A stretch of DNA of 64,000 bases from Trichosphaerium sp. ATCC 40318 (Eukaryota > Protista > Tubulinea), in NCBI GenBank assembly GCA_038496445.1, contig JALMLS010000541.1:1-64000 (forward strand), in the 5' to 3' direction. A model generated the notes under the pieces. It saw only the letters and a list, made by a program, of their open reading frames with translations, did no database searches and had not been told where the DNA came from. Made by a program: the position numbers and the translations under genes. Within the stretch, counting starts at the first letter, position 1, and every line of letters starts with the position of its first letter. This document shows positions 34,301 to 49,132 of the stretch, one piece after another.

Positions 34301-34507
34301 CGATTGGATTCACAAGATGTTGTTTTATCATTAGAAAGTTACAATAAGCGCTGGGACGAGACATTAAGCCAACGTATGATCAAAACTACTTGTAGAGCAG
34401 TTTTTCTTATTTATTTCGTGCAACAGATTTATAACTTTTTTATAGAAAGAGACCATGGTCCCACAATGCTGGAAAGATACAAAGATATGGATGCTAATCC
34501 TTCATAA
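31340..34507 (+). CDS. SEL1-repeat protein with C-terminal TKL-like pseudokinase domain
   Basis: Several AQYNLGxxYxxGxGV-type SEL1 repeats; kinase fold with VAVR, HLDVASHNIL, KLSAFH, WAAPE, ADVYS. Confidence 0.85.
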
Positions 34508-35138
34508 TTTTTCCCCTTTTTTTTTGAATCGCTGACTCTCTCCTGCAACCAATTTTTTTTTAGACACCATTCATTTTTTTTGCTGAAGTATAATTTGTTC
34601 TCTATGAGACTTCTTTACTTACACTAATAATGAATGGTCGTTCTATGGTCTTTCTTGTACTCTATGTTTGGTAAATAACCACAAGCAATGTTTGTAAGAG
34701 AAAAGGCAATCCAGGAAAACCAAACCCCTTGTATTACTGTAAAAAAAAAAAATAACAAAATAATAACAAGTTGTTATCTTATCACAGAGTTTACTTTATT
34801 ACAGCTCGCTTTACCAAGGAATACAAGCTGTTTCAAGAATAAAATATCAGCGAATGCTTTTCACTTAAGGTTGTGACCAGGAGCAAACTGTTTTCAACTC
34901 TATTATCATTCTTGTTGATCTCCTTTTTGAATCGTAATCTGCCATTGTATAGAACTGCTACTTGCTGATGTTGTTTTATGATACTACCGTACTTAAACAA
35001 CTACCTCTCACTTATCAAACGCCAGTAAAGTACTTATTTATATTGTCATGATTTTTTTAATTTCTTTCTAAATGCGAAACCAAGGTCTTGTATGTTGTTT
35101 TTATTGTACAAGTGTTTTCATGGTAAGGTTTCTTTAAT

Positions 35139-37305
35139 CTAAACCTCATCTTTACCTCTTACTTTAGCCATCCAAAAGCAATTAACACCAAAACTAGCAG
35201 TTATCTCTGTTATCTGATGGTGATACTTCTACAAAGAAAAAAAAAATGAGAAAAAAGAAAGAAAGAAAACAACGCACAGAAGTCCAGCTTAATTTCAGTT
35301 TTTTAAGCTTTGTTAACTTAGCAACAAGGTGGGCAATACCTTGTACAATACAATCATCATATTCTCTTATTTGTGCCTTAAGAAAAGAAAGTTTCTCTAG
35401 ACCAGCCAAAGCAGAAAGTTGTTGATAAACACTTGTATCTACTTGAAGAAGAGATAAACGATCCAAGTTTGTGAGTTTAGCAAGATAAGGCATCAACTTT
35501 TCACTGGTAGCAGCTGTTGGTCGATCATTTTCGGCATGTATATCAATACATCGAAGCCCAGGTATTGTAATAAAGAGATCAAGCATTGGTTCTAATGGAA
35601 AAAAAATCAGAAAAAAGTTAACTGATTTTCTTAACAACTGTTGTCTTTTTGCTCTTCAAAGGATATAAATATTGTTCTAGGTTTTTTACACGTGCCTGTT
35701 ACATCATAAGTTTCAAGTGACACATTTTTTACATTACGCAGAAAATATAATGGCTCAATGTTCGATATCTTTGTAAAAAGAGAAGTATCAAGTCTTCGAA
35801 GATTATTTATGTCTATACCCTTCTCTAAAATTTCAAGATGGCTTAAAATACCTAAATCAAGAGCTATCCGTAATCTATCAAGATTTGGGTATACGCTTAA
35901 TGTTTGTCTTAAGTGGTCAGCAGTAAGAACTGAACCTAAAAACAAAGTCAATTCAGATAAAAATCCAAAAAAAGAACAAGCTTGTTACAAATAACTTTGA
36001 GTCGTTTTCAGTCCACTACAATTATACAAAATCATCAAGGTTACAATAATATTAAGGTGTTAAAATTGTGAACATGGCTCATGCTGTATTTTAGATACTT
36101 TGGCACAAGCTCGTTTCCAAAAAGAAAAAAATATGTGGACAAAAAATCCAAAGGATGTTTGGAGTGTTACGTGCCTGTATCTGCTTCAAGTAATAAATGT
36201 TTAACGTTAGGGAAAACCCTTGATATTACATAAGGATTATAGTCTCCATATAGTTGCAATTGAGTGATACCTTTCAAAACACAATCAAAGACATTATATT
36301 CCTCTACAACCATATACCCCAAAGAAAAACTGTTCAAGTTTGTAAGCTTTGTCATAAAGTTCATAGAACCTGGTTTAGCAGGTTCGATTAAAAATCTTGT
36401 AGTTAAAGGCAATGTAAGGCTTCTAAGCTCAGGAATATACTGTACACGTGGAAACTCATCTTGGAATCTCTTGACTTCATCAACAAACTCCGGACCAACT
36501 AATCCCAATCTTGTGAACCTTAAACTCTCACATGCTTTTTTTATTTCCGACCAAGGTAGATCCTATAAGCATCCAATAAGGTTAAATATAATAGAAACGG
36601 AAAAATTAAGGCAAAAATCAAGATAGGGGTTGTCGTACAAGCTCATAAAAAATACTTGGTGTTTCTATCAATATTTTTTTTCTGATTAAAGGAAAAAGAT
36701 GCTTCCATAGTTTTGATGAGTTCTCTGATGTAAGTGCAAGTGTTTCAACTCTTGGTAAAATATTGATAACATTAGCTAGGTCTTTACAGTTTTGTACGTT
36801 AGCATGGAACCCAGTACAAATAAGTTTCTTCATATTTATAAGACGTTTAGCATGTCGAACAATAATCGGAAAATGAGTTGTTGGTGCGTTGAGAGCTTTA
36901 AAGAAACAGTTAATCCATGTAAGAGATAGATGAACGTACATGGAACACATTCAAATACACGAGCTTGCCAAAACGAAGACACTAGTGATGTTAAAACATG
37001 AATTAAAAAAAATATGCGTAAACAAACTGTTTTTGGGATTGACGTGTTTACCATGTAGAGCACGTGACAGTGAAAAATAATTTAAGAAAGTGACACGTTT
37101 GGAAGGCGAGTTGTGTATAAGATCAAATAAAAACAAAGTTACCTTGGCTACAAGCCCAGAAATCGCGTGCTTCTTTTATGAAACTTAGTATTTCAGCAAT
37201 AATCTCCATAGGTAGAAAATGTCTCTCTAGAAAGTTTGTACGCCCTTGTATTCTGAGTAAATTCAGCTTGTAGACTACGAATGGGTGTACTATCCAATCC
37301 TGCAA
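35139..37305 (-). CDS. Multi-exon F-box/LRR (RNI-like) protein; 5' exons may reach ~37616
   Basis: FLPMEIIAEILSFI...DFWACSQ (F-box); LTNLNSFSL, YPNLDRLRI, LTNLDRLSL, LTKLKKLKL repeats. Confidence 0.7.
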
Positions 37306-37845
37306 TACAAGAGCGGTTTAGCGCATTTGGGTGAAATTTATTTTAAAAGAATCTTTGAAACGCTTTGTAATACGCTCAAACGTTTGTATTTGCATAATAA
37401 CTGCGTATGGGTACCTCATACAAATAATATTTTAACGCTGTGGCCTTCCAGGTCGAAAGTTGTTGTGTAAGTACAATATCATCATCACCGCTTTCTTTAT
37501 CATCGTTAGAGGCGTTGTTAGTATTACTAAAGCATTTTAAGTGTCATTCATCTTTTAATGTAGCTATCGTACTTAGTACCAGTCTTAGTACATTTCTGAG
37601 GTCGGGCGTTACTCATAGTTGATATCAATCAAGTTTAAACCGAATCTGCTTAAAAAACACAGTTTTTTGACTAAAAACGACTTGACTAGTATTCTATGGC
37701 CTTACCGACTCTACAACTTGCAAAGTGGTTTTGATCGCAAGAAGTACATAAACGGGTTGACCATGACAAAAAAATAAATTTCAAACACGTGAACAAAAAG
37801 TCAAAGCGCGCTAGTTGCCGTCACGTGCCTTTAGAGAATTTAATA

Positions 37846-40124
37846 ATGCGCAAGTTTACTAGTGTCTTTACGATTGAGTGTGGCGTCATTCTTATTTTAC
37901 TTTGTTGTGCAGTATCTGCTACAGAACGTACTATTCTTTCTAGTTAACATATTACCTTTTTCGAACAAAATTAACTATATCGGTAGTTTATCGCATCAAA
38001 GAAACTAAGGTACTTAACAACGAACCTCAGGAAGTAGATTTCCTTCGCAATGGGTTGCTAGTGGTTACCGGGATAAATCGCATCGCACTCTATACAAAAA
38101 ATTGTACGCAATCTTCTTTTGTGCCTTTTTTTTTTTGAACAAAGGCGAGTTGGTGTCTCAATTATCTTGTTTTTTTCCCTGTTTTCTAGTAATGTTCTCA
38201 AAGGGACGCTGGTGAAACAGAAGATGGAGTATTATGGCAAACCACTCGACAATCCTCAAGGTGTTGCTGTCCATCATACACTGAAACAAATATACTTTGT
38301 TGACGCTGCTATTGACAATACAACAATTGTACGTTTGCAAAGCAAGTTGTAACGAAACTTACTACCTAACGTTGTAAAAAAACATGGTTAACAATTATTT
38401 AGTATGTTGTAGATTATAACTTGGAACTTATACGTTCGTTTGGACCTAACATTGTAGGAGGAGAATTGAAAGGTTGCTTGTATAATTTGATAACACAACA
38501 AAAGCTGCAGTCTTCTAATGTACCTAGGAACGCGGCAAATCAATTTCAACAAGGATTACACATACCTATATGTTGCAAATGGGCTTAACCGAGAAGGTCT
38601 TAAGATCACCGTAGAAGGAAGTAGGTCCCAGGCACAGAAAATAGTTTTTCTTGTTCATTTTGCTAAGTTGGGGTTTTTTTGTTTCTTAAGAGCCTTATCG
38701 TGTTGTTTTTTGTATGTACTTACGACTAGTATAGTACCGCGTGTAGTGGCAATGTACAATCAATCATTTCACCACGAAGTAGACCCTCAAGTAAGTAATT
38801 GAAACAACCAAGTGCATTTCTTAGAATTTACTTACAAAAAAACCCCAGGGAATAGTGCTAGATGAGAAAAATGGACAAGTCTTTATTGTATCAAGATTAG
38901 GTCGTGTATATGTATTCAATGACCTCGATGGTAAATAACTCAAATACCCTCCACCGTTCTAATGGTTTACAACGAAAGGAACATTTTTGTTTGAGCTTAG
39001 GTCTGATGAACTTGAAGATCTTCACAGCCCTGCTATCGATATCGATGGTAATTTAATAATATCAAGCACATTAGGTGACCAATTACTCATTTATTCACTT
39101 CCCTTAACACAACAGTGTACGTTACAGACATTGATCTATTTTCATTATCTCAGCAATCTAAATTCCTTCCCAGCGGAGCCATTGCAAACTGTGCCAATGG
39201 AGGGTCCCCAAAGTATTACAGCAGATCTATTGGATGATTTTGTTGTATATGTCGCAGATGCAAAGACGTCTGTTACAGTGCTTGAGCCCATATGGCTTAT
39301 AAATCAGTGCAATAGCTCTTGTGTCTGCCCTCCTCCTTCTAAATCGTCAAGATGCTTAAACGACACTTGGTTTGTTCCAAACTTAGGTGATGGGGTTATA
39401 ACTATTCTCACTGAAACCATTATTGATGGTAAGAAAAAAACAAGAAAACGTTTTGACGTTTTGATGAGTTTGTTGTAGGCAATGTTTCTTTGACGTCTGA
39501 CAATGTTATTGTGATATCTTCAGATACAACATTAACAATAATAGGTTGTGCTGATATATCTCAGGGTACACTCAATATAACAATAAGTGCAAACAATGTT
39601 GATATTTTACTCGGTGGAAAAGAAGTATGTTTGGCATAAGTTTATGTTTCCTCGGTTTTTTTCTTGCACCAGCTGCCGTTAAATACTGCATGTTTTTGTT
39701 TTCTGAACAATTAAGTTCTTTGATATTGGACTGTTTTCTGGAGCTACGGTAGCAAGCCGTCGTAAAAATCATCGATTTTATTTCGAAATACCAAGATACA
39801 AAAAACAACACTAATAGTCTTCAGGTCTCTATTTTTGTCTTGCAACACTCTTGCACAGAGGACGAAATAGAAAATTTCGGAGAAACTATATTCACACTAC
39901 CTGATAGAAATCAATGTCTTAATATTGGAATAAAATGGAAACAAGAAAACAAAAAAGTAGTTGGAACACTTAGCGGATCAGCATGTGAAACACTTGATTC
40001 TTCAAACTTACCTTTGATACTTGGTGTTACTCTAGGAATTATCTTTCTTATTGCTATAGTAGTAGTAATTGCTTGGTTTTACGACTACAGATTGTCAAAA
40101 CACATCAAAGCAGTAGATGAATAA
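37846..40124 (+). CDS. Type I membrane protein with NHL/YWTD-like beta-propeller ectodomain
   Basis: Signal peptide; blades LNNEPQEVDF, LDNPQGVAV, DPQGIVL, LHSPAID, EGPQSITAD; Cys-rich juxtamembrane region; TM LILGVTLGIIFLIAIVVVIAWF. Confidence 0.7.
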
Positions 40125-40188
40125 AAAGCAATAAGAAAAAAATAAGAACTGTTTTTGATTCAGCGCGTATGTACAAATGGTATCAAAA

Positions 40189-40228
40189 CCAGTTATTAGC
40201 CTTATATTCCAGTTATTAGCCTTATATT
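40189..40228. repeat. Perfect 20-bp tandem duplication between convergent genes
   Basis: ccagttattagccttatatt x2. Confidence 0.85.
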
Positions 40229-40597
40229 TTAGTTTTCTACTGTCAGCTCTTCAATTTGTTGACGATTACAAAAAGGGTTGAAGAATATTATTGCAAGTAT
40301 ATACTAGAGCATAAAATAGTTGAACCACATTGTTATTTATTTATTTCTACAATTTTTTTTTAAACCACAAACAGTGTGCCACACAGATACAGAAACTGCA
40401 AAAAAAATAAAAATTGCAGTTAATTTTAAAGATTGTGTTCTAAAAGCGCCTGACAAGCAAACTTGGCTTTGGTACAGTATATGGATAACCTGTACTAATT
40501 TTACAAAATTCTAAGAAAGAAGTAAGCCATAAACATAGACAACAAAATGGCAAACAACGAAAGCTTTTTCAAAAAAAAAAGAAAAAAAGTAGTACGT

Positions 40598-43500
40598 TTA
40601 GTTAACATTTTCCTCGTCTTTAGCATCTTTGCTGCATACTCTCAATTGACCTGCACGTTGTAATACTTTACGTAGGATATTTCTAATTTTAATTGACTTG
40701 CAAAGGATAAGATCCGTGAACGTAGGATAAAACTTGCTGAGGTGCTTGTCGAACTACAGGGAAAAAAAAAGTCAGATCAACATAACATTAGTCGTATCTA
40801 GTGTACTCACCTGGGAGTCTGTAAACTTCTCAAATCCATTCAATGCAACACAAACAAGAGGTACATAGTCGCTCTAATAAATAAGGTTATGATGACGTTC
40901 CAAGCGAATAATAAAAAAGAGATAAAGGTACCTGAATGCGTTTTTCGTGAGGAGAAGCAGTTTCTTTGAGGATCATACGTGAAAAATCAGAAATTGTTGT
41001 AAGCAAACCTCTACAGACATAGTTAGGTTAATATACATTGTATTGTAGATTATCAGAATAAATAGTACGAGACAAAGAAGCACCTCGCCTCAAATTTTGT
41101 TCGAACATAATTTTTTATAACAGAAGAATGACGTACGAAACAAGACGCTCTTCAGCGAGTTTGACTCTGTCTTCATCTTCAGCACTTTTATATAAAACAA
41201 ACAATAGGTTCAATAAGCAACTTTTAGCAGAAATTTCTTGATCAAGGAGCAACTTAAGAAGCACTACAAACAAGATTAGAATCCAAAAAAATCCAGTGAA
41301 AAAAAGAAGAAAAAAAAGAGACGACTCAGTACCTTCATTCAAAGACCCATGAACGTTTTGGTTTACAGTGCAAGCACGTGAAAAATCAAATGTATCTTCA
41401 AGACAATTCAATATAACATTCAAATTATCCAAGCTCAAGAGTTTCTGATAAGAGACAATCTTATCATTAGTAATCTTGATCAAAACAGTTTGAATACGAA
41501 TCTTAACATTGATGTTCTCGTGAGGATCAGATAATGCTAATTTAGATGTTACTGGTGGTGTCATTGGTGCTCTGCGCTTAGCAGCGTCACCAACTTCATC
41601 ACCAGCTTCATCACCAACGACTTTTTCTTTATCATCAGCAACAGGTTCCTTTGCAGGTTCTTCAACAGGAACTTTTTCTGGTTCAGGTGTATCTTTCTTT
41701 TCGGTTTTTCTTCTTCCTCTAGGCGACATTTGTCCGCCAAGTACATCCAAGGTCTCTTGTGAAACCAAAGCTTGGACATCACGTCTAGTAAACATCAATA
41801 TAAGACTATCCACACAAAAAAAGTCATTCATTGAACTTACCTTGGTGTGATTTTTTCATACAGTTCCTTCATGCAATTACAAACAAGCGTCCACATGTCA
41901 GGTGTGAATTTACTGCTTGAGTTTGTGACAAGTGTAAATAGGCATCGTACACCCCAAGTAGCTAACGTTTCATTTCCTACAAACAAGCAATCAATAAAAG
42001 CGTGCTAAAGGATCTGGAAAATGAAGAATACCTTGTAATACACAACAAACAAGGAGGTTCAAGATATCTGAAAGGAGGAACGATAATTGATCAAATTTAG
42101 TTGCAAGCAAGTCAACAAGTTTGTGTAATGCCTTAAGACATGTAGTGAGTACCCAGTGGGCAATTTCATCCTCCTATTATTACGTATTAGTTTTTTTGGA
42201 ATAACTCTCAATAATTCAATACAACGAACCTCACGGACAGTGTCTTCATTTACATCAACGAAAATAGGTAATAGAACACCTCTGAATACAAGCTTCCACA
42301 AGTCTTCGTTGAACATACCACCAAACTTATTCAAAACTTCAAACAAGACTTCAAGAGCTCTACAAAAAAGAGCAGAAATTAACACAAAAAAATTCGCCCT
42401 GAATTTTTAAAACAAGAATACGCACTGTGTTCTAACATCAATATGCGGATGAGCAACAATACACCAGTATAATGCTGTAAGGATTGGAAACCAATGTTTC
42501 ATGTCTTCAGGAGATGATGTGAAGACAACTAATCAAAAGTGAGTTTAATCTTTTTTTTTTTGGTTGTTTTGCGTAATTAAATAACGTACGTGTCTTGGCA
42601 CCTGCTCCAGCATCGCCCAACGTCAAAACTTTGCCGCTAGCAAGTTGTTGTGCGCAAAAACCAAGTCCTTTAATGGCTTTTGTTGATACAACCTCTTGAA
42701 CAGTACTCATGTTATTGAGCTCTCCACTACGCTTTCCAAACGAAGCCAATGTGTTTACCAAGTCAGTAAAGAAATTATCAGATACAAGATGGAAGTATTT
42801 AGCCATTATAGTATCAACCTATCAACCATAAATACAAAACTAAACATCAAAAAAAAAAAACCACAAAAACACATACAAGGTCATAAGCGAGTTCAGCAAC
42901 TTTTGGATCACTATCAGAAGAGCATAAAGATAGCACTGAAAAAATTGACTTCCAACCAGACTTAATATTTGGTCCACGAAGGTTTGTTATTCTATCAAGA
43001 GTATGAACAACCCACTCTCGGATTTCCTTACGCTCTGTAGTACAGATAAACCTAGAACTCAAGTTAGCTCTGTTTGTAATGAATTGTAGACATTCAGTGT
43101 ATGTTTAAATATTCCAAAAATTGGGTTGAAAGGGTAGAGAAGGAGTAGGAAACAACGTACTCAAAAGGTCTAAGGAATTCTTTTTGAAAGTTAAAGTTAG
43201 CCATTTCCTCTTTTTCCAAAAACTTTTCTGCTAGCTGACGTAAATTATCAACAGCATATTTAGCAACTTTAATGTTATCATGACAACCTATAACCAAAAT
43301 GTAAGAGACAGTTAAAACATGTAAGACGTGTACCAGCTTTAGCAAAGTGATCTTTAAAATTCTTCCATATTCTACCCCAAACAACACGTATTCTGTCCAT
43401 GTTGTAATGAGCGACTTCAACCAATTTTTGCAAACTGTGGAGCACAACATCAGTACAAATAGACGACACAATAAGAAGATACAAAATATATAATACCTGA

Positions 43501-46500
43501 AGAGTCTTGGTGGGTTACTGCTCAACTCATCACTTGAAGCAGCACACAAACACTCAACAAAAGAGTGAATAGCCAAGTTGTTTAAATTTCGGCTACTGCT
43601 GAAAATGTAATCTATAGTAGACTCTGGGATATGTTCAAAAACAGCAATGGAATTATGTTCCTCTATTTCCATTCGCTCTAGTGTCATAATACGTGGTCTA
43701 AAGATTACTATCAGAGTTTGATACGAACCAGAAAAAAAGTTTGTAAAAAGTTGACAAAAAAACTTTTTTTTTTAAAAGATACCGAGGTGCTGTGTCAGTC
43801 GTCACAGGGGCACTTCTGCGTAAAAAGAAACCGAGTGAAGGGCTATATATGTGAGGATATAGAATAAAGTACATACGAAGTTTTCAAAGAAATAACAAAA
43901 ACTGCAGGTGAGCACAATGCTCAACCACAAGAACTAAAAAAAGTACCGTGACTCCGATTCTGAATTTTTAGGTGTTTTATCTGAGATTTCCTCGGATACA
44001 TCTGGTCCTGATAAATGTTGTAGACGGTCTAACTGAGAAGTACAACGCAAAACCTGAAAGAAAAGGAAAATGTAAGTTTCGGGCTGCATCTGCTACGTTC
44101 ATGCTTACCTGCTTCCAAGAGTCTCCAAGGTAGTTTCCTTCAGTCTGAGCAATATTAATGAGCACTTTAATACTCTCAATATTCTTTGGCTGCATGTGTT
44201 CAACGTTTTCCAAAAATGTAAACTTGGCAAGAGAAGAAACAAAGGCATTGCGCTCAATCTCCAAATAGAAAATCGAACTGACTCGAATAGCAGCTTTAAA
44301 TCCTTCCAAGCAAAGCTCAATTAAACGTGGTACATCAGTATCTTCCAATACAACACTGAAAGCAGCTAACATAGGACACCAAGCAATCTCGAACATAGGT
44401 TTTACATACGCAATATTCGTTGCACTAAAACAGGAAGATGAGAAAAAAAGCTAGCTATGACTAAACGCACGTGAAATAAACACTTGGTTTCTTCATCTTT
44501 TCTTTGACAAGAGCTTGGGAGCGTTTAACCATAAGAGCGCCTTCTTGTTGGAAGGCCTTGAGTTTTTGTTGTTCGTTCAAGATTGCTTAACAAAACCATC
44601 AGTACAAAGGTTGCATTTCGCTAAAAAAAACCCAAACGTACATTGTTGAACTTGTGTACCAGAGGTAACATCGTTATCCATTAACTTGAGCTCCTCCTTT
44701 GCAATACGATCATAAATCGAATCGATAAAGTCATCTGGAAAGTTTTGGCTATCATTCTGACCTTCAAGTTGCCTTCTGAACTGAGGTTTTGTCATCTTTT
44801 CTTTGTTCATCTTAGAATGAAGATCCGTAGCTAACATGATAGTAGCATACGAAGTAATATACGCAGCATCTAAACACATCATTAACACAACAAACCAAGG
44901 CCATCTCTAAATAACCCGCAGGTAGCACGTACCAGCGTTTTCAAATACTTGTTCTGAGTTTTGTTCAAAGAAACGCGCAGCGAATTTCTCCATCATACGA
45001 TCAATTTTTTGTCCTTCACCTGGGAGCCTGAAACGTGCCAAGAACTTACGAAGTGCAAGATCAATATGCATACCAGTAAAATCAAGAGAATCTACATAAG
45101 CATACAAAACAGAAACATTGAATTCCTTCCTAAAGAAAATATTAGTCAGACAAAAGAATCTATTTATTTTAAAAGAAAGAACGTACTCATTACCCAAGTA
45201 TTCACCGATTTGCTCCTTGTCAAGTGTAGCTGCATTATTGAGTAGAAATTGTGCAATCTCATCAGCATTAGCCTTTACTAAGCCTTCTTTGACCATGTAA
45301 CGCATACCCTGAAAAACTATTGAGTGAACAAAAGTAATGTATTTTGTACCTTCTTAGAAGACAATTTAAAAATCTCTCTACCACGCTCATAAATGAGTTT
45401 ACGCTGTTTCTGCTCATAGAGCATATCGCCTGAGAGTGATATACGACTTTGTGTCTCAAGTTTAGTAGACTCGGCCCTCGCAAGCATATCTGAAACCTCG
45501 ACAGCTTCATTCCATTAGAAAATAATCGAATAAAGTAACCTTACATTTTCTAGGTTCATCTTGGATGCTGGCATCCTCCTCTTTGGATTTGTTAGGATCT
45601 TCATATAGTTCGCTACTCCAATCCTTGAGAGAGCTCATAATAGCTACCAAAGCTTCCAAGCCCAGTGTCTTTAGCTTAGCGTTCATGGTAATATTACGCG
45701 GCCCTGCATTCCAAGCATCAACTGAACCGGAGCCTTGTGCAATCTTGGAAAGCGCTTGTACAATACTAGAAAACTTCATTAAGGGTGGATAGTTAATGAT
45801 TTTAAAACAATTTTACCGTTCAAAGATATCAGGGGAAGCCAAATCACAATCATAATTCAGGAAAATGTTGACAAGCAACTGTGGGTTTTTGCAAATCTTT
45901 GAAAGCACCTACAAAAAAGTTAGATGTAAACAGCTTGGCAATATTGTACCTGTGAGATTAGCCATTTTTGTTGTATAGTACTGTTGTTACTTTCAAGAAT
46001 ACGGAAAAGCACTGTGGAGAAGAAAACGCCAACCTCATGCTATAGGAGAAGGTCAGTTTTGAAAATAATAAAAAAATTCAAAAAGATTATTAGGCTCCAC
46101 CCGGAGTCGAACCGGGATCTCCAGTACCAGAAACTAGAATGATAACCGTTACACTATGGAGCCTTGTTGTTGATACATTGCGGGCTCAACGCGCATCCCG
46201 TTGAAAAAAGATGGCGTGTTTACGCGTAGTGTGCAGGCTTGTGTTGCCGAAATTGTAAAACAGCATATTTTTCGAATTTTACGCTGAATGCAAGTCAGAA
46301 GCGTCTACATACCTTAAGATCACGCTCAAAATGAGTCAACAGTGTCAAAAATATTGACAGTGATAATTTGAATACACTTCTATTTGATGACACACCATTA
46401 TGCAATAATGATTTCCACAAATATCGTTTTATCAAATCATTAACAAACTTTTCGCTTCTCCTTTAGTTTCACCGTTAGTTTGTTCATTAATTTTATGAAA

Positions 46501-48413
46501 ATATAAATAATTTAAATTAAATATTTTTCATATGAGCGTACTCCAATACTGGTCCTTGGTTCTCAAGTATAGATAAAATCAACTCAAGTGATAATATTTT
46601 TGATTGCACTAGTTGAGAGTTTGTGTTATTTACATTCCTACAAGGCATGTTACCAAACAAAAATTAGCTACCAAAAACTTACCCTCCAGTAATATCTCTT
46701 ACTGACAATCTACAAAGAGCACGAAAAATTGCAGCACAATCGTTGTAGATTATTTCTTCAGTAGAGCTTGTTCGCGCCTTGGTGGAAACTTCAGAATCCG
46801 TTCTTTAAAAAAACCATCAGAATTAAAAATCACTGTTTGTTGCCTTACTCATTGAAAATAGAGTCATTCTTGTCTAATGGCGGCTTGACCATTTGTGCTC
46901 CACTGCTACTAGCGCGGCTACGCGGTTTTTTCGTACTTCCAGTACTACCAGTACGACTACGACTACCATTTGAGCTTCTACCGCTGTCTAACTCTCCTTT
47001 TTCGTTTGGTTGGGTACTTCCGTTTTCTTCCGCTTTGTGTTCTCCTGTACCATTTTCTTTAACTGTTTCCGACTTCTCATCCAATTTATCTCCTGATGCA
47101 GAAATACCTTCTTCAACAATTTCTTCTAATACAGCAGCAACGATATCTTTGGCCTCAGTGAGGGCTTCTTGTGGTGTTTGAGAAGTATCTGAGCTTGTAC
47201 GAAGTAACTCTGCAGCCTCTTCCTCAGCAGAAATACGTTTCTCAGGCTAAAAGTGAAAGTGTCAAAATTTGTTAACGCCCAATTTGAAAAGTTTTTCAAC
47301 AATCAATCGTTTTTTAATAATCAAAACCCAAACATACCAAAATACTATCCATACGCCTGAACACATGATTTAAAGTCTGTGTTAATGTAGTCTATGTACA
47401 CATTAGTATGCCGTAAAGGTACGTATATACTTCTTAGAGACATACCTTTGCTGTTCTCTGGTTGACACTGTTCCTGCTACCCAAGTAAATATTATAACAT
47501 GTTTTTACTGCTGTGTTCAGATCAGGTATATGCGCCCCACATGCTTCATTTGAAACAACTATAATAAGAGCCTATTTATTTTTATTAACAAGCAGTAGTT
47601 AAAAAAACAGATGTATTAGCGATTTCTAGTTACCTTGAGCATGTACAACTGAACAAGATCATCAGGATATTCGAAGCATTTTGCTACTATCTGAATAGCA
47701 CGAGATACAAGTAATCCGTCTATGTGTAATAGTTTTTTTAGCCAAAACAATATTTTTTTTAAGTATTTTGTTTTGTTACTTGCTTATACCTTTCGTCTTG
47801 GCGTCTTTTGTACCTTCTTGAATATATGAGTGAGCTAAGAGCTTCTACGGAAATTGTCAGAGAAAAAAAAATAATAGAAGGGTGTGGCGACGGCTATTCC
47901 TAAAAGCAACGTGGTTAAATACCTGAATAGCGTCAAGGGCTGTTACTACGAGTTTTGTTGTACGAGACTCGCAAGCAATTTGCAACGGCTCCAGCAGTGT
48001 GTTGGCGACTTTAGTCCATCTACCATGATTTGTAACACCTTCCGGCTCTGTAGCCTTAGTTGTCGAACTAGTTGTTATAAGCGCTGTTTACACTTTATTT
48101 ATTGCTCTTTAACCAGTGGGAACAATAATAGACGCATCAGGCCTCACGAGACGTACTTGAACTGGATTTGATCCTTGTAGGGCGTCAAAGTGCCAAAAGC
48201 CCGCGTCTCTCCTTCACCCTCCACAGAACTTACGTTCTTTATTAACTCTGCGACAGGCGAGAGTTAAAAGCAATGTCGTGTGATGGAAAAATAACTACAG
48301 TTCAAACGCTTCGCACAAGACGCACCTCTAGCTGCTCTACTCGCTTGTTTGAGCTTTATTTGCCTACGTGTTGTGTTTTTATCAATGTCGTCGAGCGCTC
48401 GAATCATAAACAT
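40598..48413 (-). CDS. BIG/Sec7-family Arf guanine-nucleotide exchange factor, multi-exon
   Basis: Sec7 [18 protein letters not shown] and [12 protein letters not shown]; HUS-box FLNYDCD; HDS motifs [48 protein letters not shown]. Confidence 0.95.
46092..46163 (-). tRNA. tRNA-Gln(CUG), inside an intron of the Sec7 gene
   Basis: GGCTCCA/TGGAGCC acceptor stem, U discriminator; anticodon arm CTAGT-TT CTG GT-ACTGG; T arm CCCGG-TTCGACT-CCGGG; T-runs downstream. Confidence 0.93.
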
Positions 48414-49132
48414 TTCTGATGAGTAGTAAAGACCAAACCCTCAGAAGTGTGTTCGAAACGAATCGGCGTTGTTGTGTATAACTTATTTTTTGATTTTATT
48501 ACAAACTTATTTGAAAAAAAAAAAAAGCTCTTGGTGGAAAGGCTAGAAACCCCAAAAATAATTTTGTGTTACGTTGTTCTAGAGCGTGTACGTGACTGTT
48601 TTTAACTTGTCAATATACATTTTGACATACTCAAACACGTGGGTCAGCGTTTCGACTTGTTGGTGACAGGTGAACGTTTGTCGGAAATTCGACATAATTT
48701 GAAAAAAAGAAATGGAACAAACGGCGTATTTCGAGGTTCATGTTTTATAAAGCGATAGAGCAAAGACGTTGGGATGTATATTGAGTTATTTTGTGTTTCG
48801 TCACGCACTTTAAAGGCAAATGGTTGAACAAGACGCTTCTACGCCGTAATTGATCGCTTTTGCGGTGTTGTTACATTTTTGGCGTAAATGGTGGAGTTCT
48901 GTTAACACAAAACCATATTGCGTAGCAAATACTTCCAAAAGGCGCCACCTAGTAGACAGTAACGTCATTGTTGCGCGTACGTATGTAGCAATATTTGCAG
49001 AGGTGACAAAGACAGAAAACACAAAAACGACAAGCCTGTGACTAGTTTTATCGTAGCACACTAGTTATTTTTACGTTCTCAAAAGAAGGTATGTTGGTAT
49101 TTTATTTGTTTCTGTTTAATATCACGTTTCAG

